NCBI GenBank assembly: GCA_046563655.1
Contig: CM102285.1
Coordinates: 2,232,001-2,296,000, forward strand
Length of the DNA: 64,000 bases
Reading direction: 5' to 3'
Origin: Yuukianura sp. NJ FZ-2021
Lineage: Eukaryota
In this document: positions 62,573-64,000 of the stretch, piece by piece
Layout of the letters: each line of letters begins with the position of its first letter
How positions within the stretch are numbered: the first letter of the stretch is position 1
Translations under genes and position numbers: made by a program
The notes under the pieces: generated by a model
Told to the model about the DNA's origin: nothing
Databases searched by the model: none
What the model saw: the letters and a program-made list of their open reading frames with translations, nothing else

Positions 62573-63681
62573 ATGACAGAAGCAAGCATTGTAACAGAAA
62601 TTAACTCTCAATTCCAAAATGGAACTGAGAGGCCAAGAACTTGTCCAGGTTTCAAACTTTTTAAAAAAAGGAGTAACAAGTCGGAAAAATTTCCAGTTTT
62701 GTTTCGAGATTTTGGTTTAAACAAGTTACCATTTACTAAACTTTGTAACCATAATCCGTGTGAGCCACAAGCAGAATACGAATATTACTTAACTAAACTC
62801 GTAGCAAATGAGTTTTTGAATGGAAGCCAGTGGGAAAGTCTTCGACCAATGACTTGGAGGGAATTTTACAGTGGTGTAACTGGTCCTCCAACTCCAGTTT
62901 TTGCAGAGCTTAGTGAAATTGATTGGGATCATTGCCATGGTTTTTTATTAGACAAGGGACCATTGGCTTTGTCTGAAGGTCAAAGTGCTACAAACATGTA
63001 TCCTGGTGTAAATTGGATCCCCACGAATAACGTACCATATACAAAGGCGTGTCCCCACGGTGGTCACTGCGATAAAAGCGTAGTGGCCAAATTCTCAATA
63101 ATTCGCGCCTATGCATGCGGAGTTTTGCCTGGCTTCGACCCTGATACGGTGAGTGCATTGGGTCCTCTGGAGACAATTCAAGAAACTGCAAGTACTAGCT
63201 ATCTGAACCAAGTCACAGATGGTGGCATTGGATTGAGAACAGCAATAATAAACTTGCTGAATGAGACGGATACTCCAGAATCACCAAAGTGGCATCCCTC
63301 AAGTCTTGTAATTGCTGATCCAAATTTGGAACCCTTTGCCTTTCGTACATTGGTTTGGACACAGCAAAGCACTTGGAATGGTACTGAAAGTACAATGGTA
63401 CACATGGAAAGAAAGCCAAGAGTTTCAACAAGGCCAGACACAAAGGAAATGTACCTCAACTTTAGTTTACACGAAAGTCCTGGTGTAATTTCAGAATTGG
63501 TTCGACATTGTATTCTCGGAGGTTTAGACGATGAATTGAAACCAGTTTTTGGTATCCTCAAGGAAAAGTTTCAACGGAGGTAAGTTTTTTTTACAACTTT
63601 TTTTTTCTGGATTTTTCAATTTTTTTTTTTTGCAGATCCGGGGGAGGGAGGGGGAGACGCCGCGCCGCCGCCCCCATATGA
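62573..63681 (+). CDS. Polinton unknown protein with two C-x-H-x(2-3)-C motifs and a C-terminal YLNF domain, probably spliced
   Basis: ORF 62573-63583. A candidate intron at 63580-63635 adds exon 63636-63681. Confidence 0.7.
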
Positions 63682-63784
63682 AGCCTATGGCTTCATAACA
63701 TATGCGAATAACGCATAGGATATGCCCTTTGGGCATAAAATATGCCCCTATGGGGCATAAGGAGCCTTATGCGAATAACGCATA
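63677..63784. repeat. Array of five TATG...CATA-closed hairpins
   Basis: Hairpins at 63677-63697, 63701-63717, 63721-63737, 63741-63759 and 63768-63784. Confidence 0.9.
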
Positions 63785-63841
63785 GAAATTGAATAAAATG
63801 AGAGTCATGGGCGGAAATGTAGTGTAGTTTTGTTTTTGACT

Positions 63842-64000
63842 ATGGAGTGTCCAGACTTTGATTTTCGTCTTTTAACACCATTTTGTATGACAATTTCTGG
63901 TCCATCTCAATCTGGAAAGTCTACAATTTGTAAACAAATTTTGAAGAGAAGGCATGAGTTGCTAGATTGTTGCATAGATGAAGTTTTATATTGTTATTCA
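63842..64000 (+). CDS. Polinton packaging ATPase (FtsK/A32-like), 5' part
   Basis: MECPDFDFRLLTPFCMTISGPSQSGKSTICKQIL...EVLYCYS with Walker A GPSQSGKS. Runs off the window and is absent from the ORF track. Confidence 0.9.
   Translation, partial: MECPDFDFRLLTPFCMTISGPSQSGKSTICKQILKRRHELLDCCIDEVLYCYS

Larger units (their letters stand above)
54961..64000. mobile_element. Polinton/Maverick (adintovirus-like endogenous virus), left part, continues beyond the window
   Basis: Starts with AGTAGT (a Polinton-type terminus) and has dense ORFs for mCP, MCP, protease, integrase and ATPase. pPolB and the right TIR are not in the window. Confidence 0.95.

Noticed and set aside
63655-63718. PPPPY late-domain-like peptide (DAAPPPPYEAYGF)
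   Set aside because: It is not in frame with the predicted splice. It would need an indel in the G-runs, so it is worth rechecking only if reads show a homopolymer error.
1-64000. tRNA/rRNA genes and the many short antisense ORFs in the track
   Set aside because: No RNA-gene signature was recognised by eye. The short ORFs are shadows of real genes or rely on non-ATG starts.

Overview
AT-rich eukaryotic (animal) genomic DNA with short spliceosomal introns. The gene repertoire suggests a basal hexapod such as a springtail, but this is inference only. From left to right: (1) a tandem array of five intronless, basic, secreted lipocalin-like genes (one with a premature stop) interleaved with an intact divergent ionotropic receptor and an IR relic; (2) a 9-exon SLC5 sodium:solute symporter; (3) five 4-exon F-box/LRR-like genes, one disrupted by a MITE and four within a ~5.5 kb segmental duplication; (4) an astacin protease, an unknown secreted protein, an intron-containing GH81 endo-1,3-beta-glucanase with fascin-like domains (HGT candidate), a 7TM chemoreceptor-like gene and orphan gene fragments (GFR-alpha-like, CLASRP, CYP); (5) many non-autonomous DNA transposons (IS3EU-like foldback, hAT/P, Tc1/mariner-like, Helentron HINEs); (6) from 54961 to the window end, the left ~9 kb of an apparently intact Polinton/Maverick (adintovirus-like) endogenous virus encoding penton, core proteins, major capsid, protease, integrase and packaging ATPase. 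The virus also carries an unrecognised paralogous domain family, a probable spliceosomal intron and an array of five TATG...CATA hairpins. All calls come from manual reading and no database searches were run.
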